A DNA stretch of 64,000 bases from Malacoraja senta (Eukaryota). The notes beneath the pieces were generated by a model. The model was given only the letters and a program-made list of their open reading frames with translations. It was not told where the DNA came from and did not search any database. The stretch lies in the NCBI GenBank assembly GCA_038087875.1, contig CM075989.1, forward strand, positions 12,092,001 to 12,156,000, in the 5' to 3' direction. The first letter of the stretch is position 1. The number at the start of each line of letters is the position of its first letter. The position numbers and the translations under genes are program-made. Positions 38,305 to 52,924 of the stretch are shown here, in pieces.

Positions 38305-38642
38305 AGGTTATAAGGTCTTAAGTGATAGGAGCAGAATTAGGCCATTCAGCCAATCAAGTCTACTCCGCTATTCCATCATGGCTAATCTATCCCTCCCACC
38401 TAACCCCGTTCTCCTGCCTTCTCCCCATAACCCTTGACACCCGCACTAATCAAGAATCAATCTATCTCTGCTTTAAAAATATCAATTGACTTGGTTTTGC
38501 ACCGCCTACTGTGGAAAAGAATTACATAGATTCACCACCATTTGACTAAAGAAATTCCTCCTCATCTCCTTCCTAAAGGAATGTCCTTTAATTCTGAGTA
38601 TGACTTCTAGTTCTAGATTCTCTCACTAGTGGAAACATCCTG
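38305..38642 (-). mobile_element. CR1 3' end
   Basis: TCTCCTGCCTTCTCCCCATAACCC and GAAATTCCTCCTCATCTCC, the complement of the CR1 3' end. Confidence 0.85.
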
Positions 38643-38664
38643 AATTATGTGAATTATGTCAAAA

Positions 38665-38800
38665 TTAAGTCTGGATGAAGGGTCTCGATTCAAAACATTA
38701 ACTGGCCATTTCCCTCCACAGATGCTGCCTGACCCACTGAATTCTTCTAGTGGTTCTCTTTCCTTTGCTACAGATTCCAGCATCTGCAGTCTCTTGTACT
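38665..38800 (+). mobile_element. Penelope pLTR remnant
   Basis: GATGAAGGGTCTCGATTCAAAAC...CAGATGCTGCCTGACCCACTGA. Confidence 0.65.
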
Positions 38801-41244
38801 GTAACAACATTAATTATCCCTGGAATCTTCTCTTTTGCACTGCTGTGCCTGAATAAATAATGACTATCAATACCAGTTGTTCCTATTCATAAGCTATATT
38901 ATTAACTGAAGCTTTAATCATCTAAATGAAGCAACAACTAAAAAACAATCTCAATATCAGCTAATACAGGCAAGGAATGAGTGTAAAATGTAACTGAATC
39001 CAATCCAATTCAGCAGTGTGTGAAACAGGTAACAGACTGTAATCTATGTAGATTCATAACTCTCAATAATCAGCAGCTCCATGTCCATTCCAACATCTGT
39101 CACCTGGTGCCTTATTAGAAGTTTGATCAACAACTTCAATTCAAATACAACGACAGAAGCTTTTATAGGCACTTAGGGCCCTAGCTCAGGTACCAGGGTC
39201 AGGGTTGGAACATGCTTCATCAGCATGGGGAAAATGTCATTGTACTGGGAACGCATTTGAACATTAATACTGCCTATATTATATGACAAAAGTCAGAGTG
39301 ACAATAGATTGATAACATTTTCAGTGGTTAGTGGTTCAGTGTGACAATGTAACACCTACATCCCTGTTCCTTCAGGATGAAGGGAGAAAGAGGGGATTAA
39401 GAATCCTTCAGACTGTTTTACAGGGAGCGGATGGTAGAGAGAACAAGCCCTGAAACCCCCACTATTATAAAACATGAATAGTGACATCAGATAGCTGGAC
39501 ACGCCGGACCGTGGAGCCAGTCTCTAAACTGAGCAGGAAAACACATCAATTGTTGCAAATTTCATATTATAAGAAATCTTGGTGGATTTCAGCTTGGGTT
39601 ATAATAGCCCGCAGTAATGCTTTGGAGGCCAGTGACGACTGCAGTGTTGGTGAACTGCAGACTTTTTCTGAGGACGTGATTGTCACATTGGAGCACAGTG
39701 CAGGTGAGGGTGCGATGGTATAATGGTTAACATGGAGATATTGCAATGTAGGGATTCCATTGATCATGGACCTGACCAAAGGCTCCACAGTGATGATTCC
39801 AAGCTGTATATATTTGTTGACCGAATACATTCTGAAACGAGTTTACAACTTTGATACTAGCACTGCGATAAAGGGGGATAGGCTGAGTACTTTTCTCTAG
39901 AAAAAAACATTGAGGATGATCTGATATAATTTTGCAAATATGAAAAGTATTTTAATCAGCTGGATGAGAGATGTTGCCACATATGATAAACCACAATGGG
40001 GTCGTTAGTGTAGTGACTAATAAATCCCACAAGGCTTTCAGGAACAACTTATTTACGCAGAGTCTGGGGAAAATATGAGTGATTCCCACTGGGAAAGACT
40101 GAGATGAATTGATAGTTACCCCAGAAAACCTAAGAAATGAAATAATGCTTTGCCAATGAAAGGAGGACACCAGTGCAGGAATGTGGACTGTGGGTAACTA
40201 GAGCCTATTCCTGTATCCACGTAAGGCTCTGGCATTCAGTGTTTGATTTTTAGTGTTAAGTAAGGTTGGTGTGTATATTGTTTGAGCTTGAAGGCTGCAG
40301 AATTTTGGTATAAAGGGAGATTATAGATGGTATTGCAACAATGGCAATGGGAACACCAACAGTGCCTCAAGGAGGACCTTGTTCAGCACAACCTTCCTTC
40401 AACACACCTTGGCCTTCTGTCCACCCACCATCCTTGCTTCCAAATGCTGCCCTTTCTTCCACCCACCATATCCTTCCTTCCAAAAGCTGTGTCCTTCCTC
40501 AGTGTGCACTGTGACGTCTGCTTCTTCCCACTACATTCTCCTCTCACAGTATTTATCTATCCATCTTCCTTTCAAGCAGCATGTTCTACATCTCAATATA
40601 CTGTAGGAAACCTTCCTCTTCAGATCTCCTCTGGTTCTATCACCAATAACCCAAAATCTATGCATACCAGTCACTGATCGTCCTGGAAACAATGTCACCC
40701 CCTCTACTGTATGAAACCTATATACTGTACCTCCAAAGTGATTCTTAAACGTTTCCGTGAAGAGCTTCTCAGCCTGTTGAGAATAATAGCTACAAGGACT
40801 CCTACACTTCCCAATACTTCAGTATCAGCTTGATTTAAGCTTCATGGTGTCAGTAACAGACAACAAAATGTAGATGAGCCTCTCCAAGAATAATTATCAA
40901 TATTGTTCACAAGACTTTTTGAGATACTATACACCGTACAGAATTAACATCCCTATATTTGAACTTTAGGTAAGTGACAACCGAACAGCAAAACATATTC
41001 AATGAGTCTATAAATATATTTATATTTACAGTGAGTCACAGAGTGAGATTTAGACTAGCACTGCAACAAACATAAAAAGGATCTATTTTGGGATTTTTAA
41101 CTGCTAGTGAACAAGAGAAGGCTCAATCCATGGCCCAAACAGATTATATTGGTTGATATTCTACATAATTCACGATTGAAGGATAACATTCAAAGGATAG
41201 ATGTATGGTTAATGTATGAATCACATGCGGGATCCATTGTAATC

Positions 41245-41600
41245 TAATAGAACATATAACAGTATAGCACAGAAACAGACCCTTCGGCCCACCATGTCTG
41301 TGTTAATCATAATGCCAGTCCAAACTAATCCCATCTGCATGTACATGGTCTGAATCACTCAATTCCATGACTGTTCATGTATTTGTCTAAATGTCTCTTA
41401 AAAATTACTATCGTAACTGCTTCCCCTATTCCGTCTGGCAGTGCGCTTCAGGAACCCATCCCTGTAAGAAAGACGTGCCTTGCAAATATCCGTTAAACTT
41501 TCCCCCCCTCACTTTAAACCTATGCCCACTGGTTTTTGACTACTTCACCTAGGAAAAAGACTAATTATCTTCCATATCTATGCCTCTCATAATTTTAAAT
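41245..41600 (-). mobile_element. CR1 3' end (old)
   Basis: ACAGTATAGCACAGAAACAGACCCTTCGGCCCAC...CTATGCCTCTCATAATTTT. Confidence 0.7.
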
Positions 41601-42404
41601 AGTTTAATTTATTGTCACGTTTAGTAAAGTACAGTGAAAAGCTTTTTTGTTGCATGCTCTCCAATCAAAGGAAAGACCATACATGATCACAATCAAGCCG
41701 TCCATTGTGTACATTTATTGGATAAAGTGAATAATGTTTAGTGCACGATACAGTTCAGGAAAGTCAGATTAAAGATTAAAGATACTCTGAGGGTCTCCAA
41801 TTAGTAGATGGTTGGTCAGGACCACTCTCTAGTTGGTGATAGAATGGTTCAGTTACCTGTTAACAGCTGGGAAGAAACTGTCACTGAATCAGGAGGAATA
41901 TTTCTATCCCCTCAGCCTTTCAGCATCCAATCCTCCAAAGAAAACAACCCAAGTTTGTCCAGCCTTCCTCACCCTCATCAACTCAATCTACGCTCATGCT
42001 GCCTTTGAATGCAGACCACTCATACTCAGGTCATTCTTCTCCCCTCTCCTGTCGGGCAGAAGATACAAAAACATGATGCACGTACCACCAGATTCATGTT
42101 TTAAACTTCTTATTCAGTGTTACCAGAATCTTGAAAGGACCTCTCATATGCTAAGCATGAACTTCCCTTCTTCCACTTTACCGTGTTGTTGCCCTTGCAC
42201 TGTTTTATAATCTGCATTTTCTCTGAAGCTGCAACACTATATTCTGAACTCTGTTTATTTGTTCTTATGCACTACCCATTGTACTCATGTGGTATGATTT
42301 GCCTGGATAGCACGCAAAACAGTGTTTGTCACAATACATCAGTACACATGACATAATAAACCAGTAGTAATCATAGCTAATACACTCCAAACAAGGCAAC
42401 AAAG

Positions 42405-42615
42405 TAATACATGCTAATCCGGGCAACATCCTTGTGAACCTCTTCTGCACCTTCTCTAAAATCTCCACATCGTTTCTGTAGTGTGATGACCAAAACATGC
42501 ATACACTACTCCAAATATTGCCCAACCAAAGTTTTACACAGCTGCAACATGACCTCCCAACTTTTATACTCAATGCTCCAATCAATGTAGGCAAACATGC
42601 CATACACCTCCTTTA
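42405..42615 (-). mobile_element. CR1 fragment
   Basis: FWSSHYRNDVEILEKVQKRFTRMLPGL. Confidence 0.75.
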
Positions 42616-42619
42616 CAAT

Positions 42620-43033
42620 ACGAGATGACTTTATTTATCCCAGGAGGCAAATTGGTCTGCCAACAGTCATAAAACACAACAAGATACATGAAACATAAAA
42701 TTAAAATGATGAGTGGGAAGTCCAGGATTGGCGATGTGCAAAGATTGAGGAGGGGGAAGGGGAGTCAGTCTACCCCACGACAAAAGGGGGAGGAGTTGTA
42801 CAGTTTGATAGCCACGGGGGAAAAGGATCTCCTGTGGCATTCTGTGCTGCATCTTCATGGAACAAGTCTGTTGCTGAAGGTGCTTCTCAGGTTGACCAGT
42901 GTGTCATGGAGTGTGTGAGCTGTATTGTCCAAGATGCTCTGCAGTTTGAGCATCCTCCCTTCCAAGACCATCTCCAGTGAATCCAACTCCACCCCCAGGA
43001 TGGAGCCAGCCTTCCTGATTTTGTTGCCATCCA
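42620..43033 (-). mobile_element. Rex1-like LINE 3' end
   Basis: KIRKAGSILGVELDSLEMV...ILDNTAHTLHDTL...STFSNRL; AATAAA near the terminus. Confidence 0.7.
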
Positions 43034-43034
43034 C

Positions 43035-43797
43035 GGTGGGAAGGGACGAATTGACCAGAGAGTTATGGAGGGAGCGGTCTCTGCGGAAAGCCAAAAAGGG
43101 AGGAGATGGGATGATCTTCCCAATTCGTCCCTTCCCACCCCCTCCCCCGGTACTTTTCCTTGAAACCACAGGAAATGCTACACTTGTCACTTTACCCCTC
43201 CCCCCTTGACACCATCCAAGGACCCAAGCAGTCTTTCCAGGTGAGGCAGAGGTTCACCTGCACCTCCTCCAACCTCATCTATTGCATCCGCTGCTCTAGG
43301 TGTCAGCTGCTCTACATCGGTGAGACCAAGCGCAGGCTTGGCAATCGCTTCGCCCAACACCTCTGCTCGGTTCGCACTAACCAACCTGATCTCCCAGTGG
43401 CCCAGCACTTCAACTCCCCCACCCATTCCAAATCCGACGTTTCTGTCCTGGGCCTCCTCCATGGCCAGAGTGAGTCCTACTGCAAATTGGAGGAGCAGCA
43501 CCTCATATTTTGCTTGGGCAGTTTACACCCCAGCGGTATGAACATTGACCTCCAATTTCAGGTAGTCCTTGCTTTCTCCCTCCTTCCACTCCCCTTCCCA
43601 GCTCTCCCACGGCCTACTGTCTCTGCCTCTACCTTTCTTCTTCCCCACCCCCACACTTCCACATCACTCTGAAGAAGGGTCTCGACCCGAAACGTCACCT
43701 ATTCCTTCGCTCCATAGACGCTGCCTCACCCGCTGAGTTTCTCCACGATTTTTGTCTATCTTCAATTTTTCCAGCATCTGCAGTTCTTTCTTAAACA
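43035..43797 (+). mobile_element. Penelope-like element: inverted 5' segment, GIY-YIG endonuclease, pLTR
   Basis: FTCTSSNLIYCIRCSRCQLLYIGETKRRLGNRFAQH...PVAQHFN...GMNID. Segment 43035-43120 is inverted, with an 18-bp inverted repeat at 43035-43052 and 43121-43138. Confidence 0.92.
43669..43699 (+). ncRNA. Minimal hammerhead ribozyme motif in PLE pLTR
   Basis: CUGAAGA-A-GGGUCUCGACCC-GAAA-C-GUC-ACC. Confidence 0.65.
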
Positions 43798-43799
43798 CT

Positions 43800-44680
43800 A
43801 CTCATTCCTGGGATCCTTCTTGTAAACCTCCTCTGGACCCTCTCCAGAGCCAGCACATCCTTCCTCAGAAATGATGCTCAAAATTGCTCACAATATTCCA
43901 AATACGGCCTTACCTGCGCCTTATAGAGCCTCAGCATGACAACCCTGTTTTTTGTATACATGCCCTCTTGAAATAAATGCTAGCATTGAGTTTGCTTTCT
44001 TTACTACTGATTTGACTTGCAGTTTAACTTTTTGGGAATCCTGCACCAACACTCCCAATTCCCTGTGCACTTCCGATTTCTGGATTCTCACCACTTTTTA
44101 AAAATAGTCTACGTCTTTATTCCTACTACCAAAATACATGGCCCCACACTTTGCTACACTATATTCCATCTGCCACTTCTCTGTCCACTGGCCCAACCTT
44201 TCCAAGTCCTTCTGCAGAGTCCCTGCTTTCTCTACACTTGCCCTGCCATCTATTTTCGTATAATCCGCAAAAAACTGCCACAAAGCCTTCAATCCCCTCG
44301 TTCAAATCATTAATATACAAAGTGAAGAGTCAAACCTTGCGGAACTCCACTAGTCACTGGCAGCCAACCAGAAAAAGCCCCCTTTATTGCCATTCTGTCT
44401 TCTGCCATCCAGTCAACCTGCTATCCATGCTAATATCTGCCCTTTGATACCATGGGCTCTCATCTTCCTAAGCAGCCTAACTCCTTTGTCTGTCCTGCTA
44501 TTTACTTCTTCAAAGAATTCCAGCAAATTTGTCCAGCAATGCTGACCTCGGCCTATTTTATCGCGAACTTAGTACTCCGTAACCTCATCCTTTATGATGG
44601 ACTCTAAAATCTTACCAACCACCGAACTCATACTTACTGGCCTATAGTTCCACTATTCTGCTTTGCTCCCTTCTTGTGCA
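43800..44680 (-). mobile_element. CR1 RT fragment with deletions
   Basis: QFFADYTKI...LQKDLERLGQWTEKWQMEYSVAKC. Confidence 0.85.
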
Positions 44681-45339
44681 GACTCTTCTCTGGGCTGTAA
44701 GCAGTTGGGGTGGACAGAGAAATGCCCTAAAGGCAACGAGTGTGCATTCCCTCCCAGCCAATCTGTAGAGTGCTTCAGAGACTCTCATAACATGGTCGCA
44801 GACGAAAGAACATCAAATGGGACAATAATCACCCAGGATACTTTGTCTGAACTTCGTCAAATTGTGATTTGGAGATCCTTTCAACGGATCTTAAGAGAAT
44901 GGTTGACATCTGCGCAAGATCCATTTGTAATATCCTACCGGTGTCATCAGATGAACGGAGACGAGAGTTTGCCTCAATGTGACTGCACGCCATAGGCGGG
45001 AGACGATTAAACATCCACCGCCCGGCCAACCTCGCCTCTTGCCCCCTTCACGGCACCACATGCTGACCATCCTGAACTGCCCGGTGCCCCATGAGTGGGA
45101 TAAAAGTGCAGACCTCTCCAGGACCATTCCTTGTTTGAAAAGCAAGCAGTTTCCAGGCAAATTATGTTTAATTGTTCCAAAGTTCTTATCTTAATGACCC
45201 GAATACAGCCCCTCCCTCCAGCAGACACTTCATGACTGATTACGTTTGACAAGGAGGTGATATTTCCACAGAAGAGTAATTTTTAGAAGATGTTAAGAAC
45301 AGAGGGGCAAAAATACTTTCTACACTGGTTACGTGCTTA

Positions 45340-45762
45340 TTTTGGGGATGACGTTCATGACGCGCACGCTATCGTACTTCTTCTGACAAATGAAAGAAAC
45401 GGATATTTATAAACCCCATCTCTCCATCTGAGCTCACCCTAAACACAGCACAAGCCAAAACAACGCTGTCCAGACCCGAGAGGGGCAACGCCACCGGCAG
45501 GTCTCACCTGCAAGATTCCACTGATCACCTCCCGTTTCAACATGTAAATAAAATCCTCTACCTGCAGGAGCTACGATCGTAACTCTGCACACATTGCTTT
45601 CCTCTCCCCGTGCTGCCGCAGTCGGGAAATAAATCGACTTCTTGATGTTTTATTTTTGGATTAAATAGCAACATTGAACAAGGCTCTCAGAGATTTCAAC
45701 AGGCAGAGAGAGACACCATGGTCTGTTCAACGCCTCAGCGATGTCGAGCTCCGTCCCAACGC
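45340..45762 (+). promoter_or_regulatory. Putative ANKRD34C promoter and first exon
   Basis: Start of a CpG-rich, repeat-poor region (~45340-46700). TGACG CRE half-sites at 45349 and 45358, TATA-like TATTTATAAA at 45404-45413, consensus donor GC|GTAAGT at 45762/45763. Confidence 0.55.
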
Positions 45763-46888
45763 GTAAGTCTGCTTATTTTCCACCCTTTAAAACATCATTT
45801 TAAAAACCTGGAATAGAGAGGCAATTTTAAAGGCTATTAAATGAAATCTCTTTCGACGATTTAAGAATGATAATCTGTTACGATCTCTGTGTGAGCAGCC
45901 TAGATAGCTAAATGTAGATTTTTTAATATGTATTTAGTTTTCCAGTTAGCAGTCCCCGCTCCCCCCTCCCTTAGCTCTGTCCCCCGGGGGGAGATATTGC
46001 GGAGTTCGGCAACAGCAAAGCATTTTGGTGTAGGCGTGCTTTTAACTCTGTCTAGTCCGAGAGAGTTGCTTTTCTCGCCTAGGATTACACTTTCAAATGT
46101 CTTCAGGGGGACGACCGGGTGTCCGCGACATTTACCAATTGATACTTCCTTGGCGGGATTTTCCCTCCGATCAAGAGACCTGCAGTTTACTGACCCGGGT
46201 TGAAGCAACAACGAGTCATTCAAACGGGGGGCTCGGGAAACAGCCTGGAGAACGGATCGCTGGAAATATTGGACTTCTGTGCCATTCTCGTCGATTCCCT
46301 CCCCCGGCTCCTGAACACGCCCTTTCTTTACCCGCGAATGCCCACGGGATGAATTCCCCCTCGGCATTGCCCCCGTGGGTCTAGGGAATCAGAGACGAGA
46401 ACCCTTGTCACTGGTTCAAACCCCTTTCCGCTCGCACAAGGCTGGAGGCGAGTGGACCTATCCCCATTGGCGTTGCGCTTGCTGGTTCCCACACTGAAAG
46501 GCAACAGGAGTGAGCGCCTGCACAAGAATTAGAGCGAACACATTAGCGAATGGTAAACAGGCTGCCCGCAGCACAATGCGGGTAGTACACGAGGCGTCCC
46601 CCAGACAGAGGAAGGCAGGAAAGAGATACCAAGGGGATTTGGAAGGAGGCAAACTGCGGGATTGAGGTGGGGGGTAGTGAGAGGCTGCATGGAGCCCAAT
46701 AAATAGAAATAGAATGTGCAGGATATTCTCAGCGGGTCAGACAGCATCTGCGGAGAGAGATGCGGAGTTAAAGTTTCAAGGGTTCTATGTGAGCGGCAAG
46801 ATGTTCGAGAGGGGTGAGCAGGGACGGAAGAAGGGTAATTCGAGACCCAGAGCCTAGTTAATGAAAGGGATAATGGGAAGGTTGTGAA

Positions 46889-46909
46889 ATCAGCACCGTG
46901 GACAGCGAC
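46889..46909 (+). promoter_or_regulatory. RE1/NRSE (REST binding site)
   Basis: ATCAGCACCGTGGACAGCGAC matches the canonical TCAGCACCnnGGACAG with the correct 2-nt spacer. Confidence 0.75.
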
Positions 46910-47559
46910 CATTCCCTAACGATTTATCAACAGCCACAGTTCCTGGTTAGTCTCTGGTATGCGTATCCTCTGTTTCCCCGCCTGTCCGTTTATATTTCTT
47001 CGACGTCTCTGTCTGTCTGTCTCCATCTACCTCGATATCTGTCGGTCCGCACCACAAGATATTTGGTTCCTCTTGTCTTTGCTTTTCACATCCTCACATT
47101 CAAAGGCTCGGTATCTGATGTCCGACACACCCTTCTCAATAACAGGCTGTTAGGGTAAAGATAGTGACTATTTTTTCTTTGGTTTGCATGTTCATTTTGT
47201 AATTCTGAATATCAATTCAAATTAGTGCTAATGTTCTGAATTTAATTAACTAATTTCCATTCCCTATATTTTCCTGTATAAATTAATTCGTTTTTAGCTC
47301 CGGTGGGTTATTATAATGTTAATATTTCTATTTAATTACAATTAAATACTTTAATTGAAATAAAGTGCAGAATGGACCAGAAAATTATTAAGAAAATGAA
47401 GAACATTTTCGTCAATTAATGCCTATCGCAGGATTGGCATTTTACAGGCGACCTTTTCCTTTCACCGATTGGTGTTTCACAGAGTGAGGGCTCAGGAGAT
47501 GGTGACCAAGCGGGAGAAGGGACGGGAGATAGCTGTGCTAAACCAAAGAGGATATGGCG

Positions 47560-47990
47560 ATACAACCACTCTGGGATGAAAGATTTCAGCTCTAAGGTTA
47601 GTCTGGAGAAGCTGTTGTTGTTCCCCATCTTCAGACAAGTTGAGAGGAGACCTGACAGAGGTGCGCCATATCATGATTCTTTTACATGGGACGACTGCAG
47701 AAAATTTGTTCCCAGTGTCAACTGGTTCAAAGAGCAGGAGATACGGATTTAAAGAGACGGCGGAATTAATTTGTGAGCAGTGAGCGGTTCTGGTCTGGAA
47801 CTCGCTGCCTGTCTGGGCGGTGGGAAACAGGCACAGAGGGCCTTCAAAAATCAATTATTTAGGAAATCTGTTGAGGGAAAACGGATAATTTATGGAAAAG
47901 TAAATTTCAAGGCTCCATGAAAAGATTGGGTAACGAGCTGACTGGGTGGCTTGGTGTTATCCTTTGATCATTTAACAGTTCTATGATTCC
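47560..47990 (+). mobile_element. Old CR1 3' end
   Basis: TTGAGAGGAGACCTGACAGAGG...TGGAACTCGCTGCCTG...TTCTATGATTC. Confidence 0.6.
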
Positions 47991-48525
47991 ACTAAACAGA
48001 GTTAAAGAAATGGCGAAGCAGAAAGATTATAAATGAGAACAAGGATTCTGAAATCCACAGAGCCAGCGAACAGGAGGCTGTAACAAGTAAAACTGTCACA
48101 ACTGGTTCATTCTAACCTAACAACATTAATTCCAATTCGATTGGAGAGGTTAAAATTAAGATTGATTATTATGCATTTTGACATTTACTGCACCTGAATT
48201 GATTTACCTAGCGTACTTGACTATTTCCAACAACATTGTTATACTATACTATACACTGTGCCCCTCTAAAGGGTATGGTCCAACACAGTGCAATATTCAA
48301 TATTCTAACATTAGCAGCTGCAGCATCCTTCCACCACCAACCTATGTGAAAGGAAGTTTCGAGCCTAGATTGGTCAAATCAGCCATCTCCGTACTCATCG
48401 CAACATTGTAGACTAGATGTCACGGTCTCACTTGAGAATGAGTAACACGAACAACAACATCAGCAACGGCAACATCCTAAGGGCTAACGCGTGTGCATTT
48501 CCCTAATCTTGCTGCTCACATGAAC

Positions 48526-48545
48526 TGCTGCGCCATCTACTGTCC
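48526..48545 (-). promoter_or_regulatory. Candidate CTCF site
   Basis: Minus strand reads GGACAGTAGATGGCGCAG, one mismatch to the core CCASYAGRKGGCRC. Confidence 0.45.
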
Positions 48546-48925
48546 AAAACATGGAAAGTAGCTTCATCCAAACCATTGGGACTTGACTGATATTCTGTGG
48601 CTTTATACCTGATTGCATCCACTTGAACGTGATCACAGTTTTAATATAATTAGGTTGCACTGAAATGCGATGATGCTTACCCTACCGCTGAAGAAAATAG
48701 TATTTTACTTAACCGTGGCTATCAACTCTATTTAATGAGTGTCAGCACAGGTCAGGATTAACCAGTACAGACAGCCCCAATTGGGCAGAAACAATAAAGG
48801 GAGCCGGCAGCAGACATGCCACTCCAAGAAGAAATGTACAAACACAATTACTAATGAATTTTCTTGTGTCCTCAGTTTGAATCTTTCCAAGATAAGCATG
48901 TAAACTCGTCATTCATCTGTCAAGG

Positions 48926-49100
48926 TCAGCACAGTAGTGCAGGATTTAAAACAAGCAGGGTTCAATCCTGACCTCCCGTGCTGTCTGTGTGAAGTTTGCA
49001 TGTTCTCCCTGTGACCATGTCGGTTTCCTTTCAGCGCTCCATTTTCCTCCCATATCCCAAAGACATTCTGGCACTTATAAATTACCCCTAACGATAGGTA
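48926..49100 (+). mobile_element. V-SINE (HE1-like) fragment
   Basis: GGTTCAATCC B-box followed by GTTTGCATGTTCTCCCTGTG...GGTTTCC V-domain. Confidence 0.75.
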
Positions 49101-49119
49101 AATGGCAAACCATCAAATT

Positions 49120-49177
49120 ATGTGTGTCTGTCTGTGTGTGTGTGTGTGTGTGTGGTGGTGGTGGTGGGGGGGGGGGG
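49120..49177 (+). repeat. (TG)n/(TGG)n/poly-G microsatellite
   Basis: Direct reading of the sequence. Confidence 0.9.
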
Positions 49178-50233
49178 TAGATGAGAGTGAGAGCAAATTG
49201 CAAGATTACAGGGAAATAGGGAGGAAGAATGGTACTGCTGGAATTGCTGCATGGACCTGATGGCTGTATCATCTCCTTCTGTGTTGTAGTATTTCTTGTC
49301 ATTATGCAAGGAAAACAATGGAATTGCTATTGACAATAACTTCCATTTATATTGTGCCTTTAATTGGTTAATTGACCAGAGTAATCTCACAAGGTTATTA
49401 TCAAAGAAAAAATGTCACCAGGCTCTCTCAGGAGATATTAGCACAAGTGGGTTTGAGACAGTCTGAGTGATAGATTGAAATAAATGTGTAAAATGAGAGG
49501 CAGAGAGATTGAGGGAAGGAATTCCAGAGCTCTCGGTCCAAGTAGCTAAAGGGTTGGCTGCCACCGGGTTAAATTTGGGATTATCAAGAGGAGAGTGGAA
49601 AGTCCTGAGGATTGAACACCTGGAGGGGAATATAGACAATGGGAAGATTTTAAATCATAGATGACGGTTTTTGACCCATGAAGTTGCTTAACTGGGATGA
49701 TGAATGGTTTCCCTTGAGAAAGAGTTCAAAGACTTGCGACCACCTGAGATAAAATAATTCACTTTAACTTTAACTCAAATAATGACTTTCTATTTTTAAA
49801 CAGTGAGCCCTAGTTATAGTTTCTCTCTTCACACCAACCTGTCCTGATTCCTCAAGATCTAATGTTTCTGTCATATCCCCTTCACCTTTCTAAACTCCTG
49901 TAGACACAAGCATGACTTGTCTGACCATTCCTTATAAGACATTCATCTGAGAAAATAGACAAGGCATCCATTTAAGCTCTCCCTAATCACTGTACTAGAG
50001 TATCAGCCAACAGTATATAAATAGCAATGAAACTACGTGAGAACAGGAGTGGAAGTGGCCTCGTTCCCTTGTGCTACTCTTCTACTTAGTAAGATCATAG
50101 TTGATCTGGTCTTTGTTTCCTGCCTGATCCCTTGACCCTAATCCAGGAACCCTGTAATTTCTATAATTTGTAACTCTACACAGATAAATGATAAGCATTA
50201 TATACAATTTGTGTGCATCGAAGACAGTATTAG

Positions 50234-51943
<1,710 letters not shown>

Positions 51944-52429
51944 CAACACATTGATCTTATCTTCATTTTATGGATCTTTTGGATAAGTGACTAATTCCAG
52001 TTTAACAAGTACAATGTTTTTCTTTAAAGTGATTCAATGCATCGAATTGGGCTGGCTGGGTCACCTTGATTATATGTGGTGGATACAAACCAATCAAATA
52101 TTGTTCCAAATAGGGATGAAATTCAAATGTATCGGGGTCATGAAATTAACAATAAGGGCTTCTCATATATACCATATGTGACATTCCATTATATTGATTA
52201 CAGAAGACACTGGTCATTTCCCATTACGCACCTCATTGCCTTTTGGTGCTGCAGTTGACAATAATCTCATTAGTTATCATCTGAAAATGAGTGGCAGTCT
52301 CCTGTTACAAACCACATGGGATATTTATTAATAGTCCGCTAGCACTTCCATTCTTTTGCCTGACCTTTACTTCAATTGACTATGGGGTCACCAGACATTC
52401 CTTCCATCGATTGCAAGGGCACTGGTCTC

Positions 52430-52915
52430 TCACTCAATGTAAAAATAAACTGTAGGAGCTTCTACTTATATCCACAAAGCATGAGTATAACAAGGGAAAC
52501 CGTATTGGCAGGGAAGGGAGAATTTATAAAGGACAATAAGAAAATGGCAGAGAAATGTAACAAATACTTTGTGTCTTCCATGAAGATAGTTACAAACAAA
52601 TCTCCTAAAGAACCAGGGGTCCCATGCACATAAGCAAATAAAAAATAGATATGAATGAAGAAATTATTCCAGAGAAGTTAGTGAACTTTAAAATAAATTA
52701 AAAAAATAAGGACCTGCTCATCCACAGCAGAAGTTTGAAAGTGATGACTGAAGAGACAATATAAACTTTGCTTATCATCTTTCAAGATCTGACAAACTCT
52801 GTAATGATTCCTGCAGATTATATAGTAAATGTGATCCTCTTTCTTTAAGAAATCAGAGTGAGAGAAAATAAGGGATTAATGACCTGTCAACCTGATGTCA
52901 GCAGTAGAAAATCTA
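52430..52915 (+). mobile_element. Old CR1 ORF2 fragment
   Basis: GEFIKDNKKMAEKCNKYFVS. Confidence 0.65.
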
Positions 52916-52924
52916 TAATTATGG

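Noticed and set aside
1..45300. miR-184, which lies upstream of ANKRD34C in mammals
   Set aside because: I did not find the mature sequence TGGACGGAGAACTGATAAGGGT on either strand by eye. An exact string search is needed to be certain.
45900..46652. Several ORFs in the CpG-rich region
   Set aside because: No recognisable domains or codon bias. Such ORFs are expected by chance in GC-rich promoter or intron DNA.
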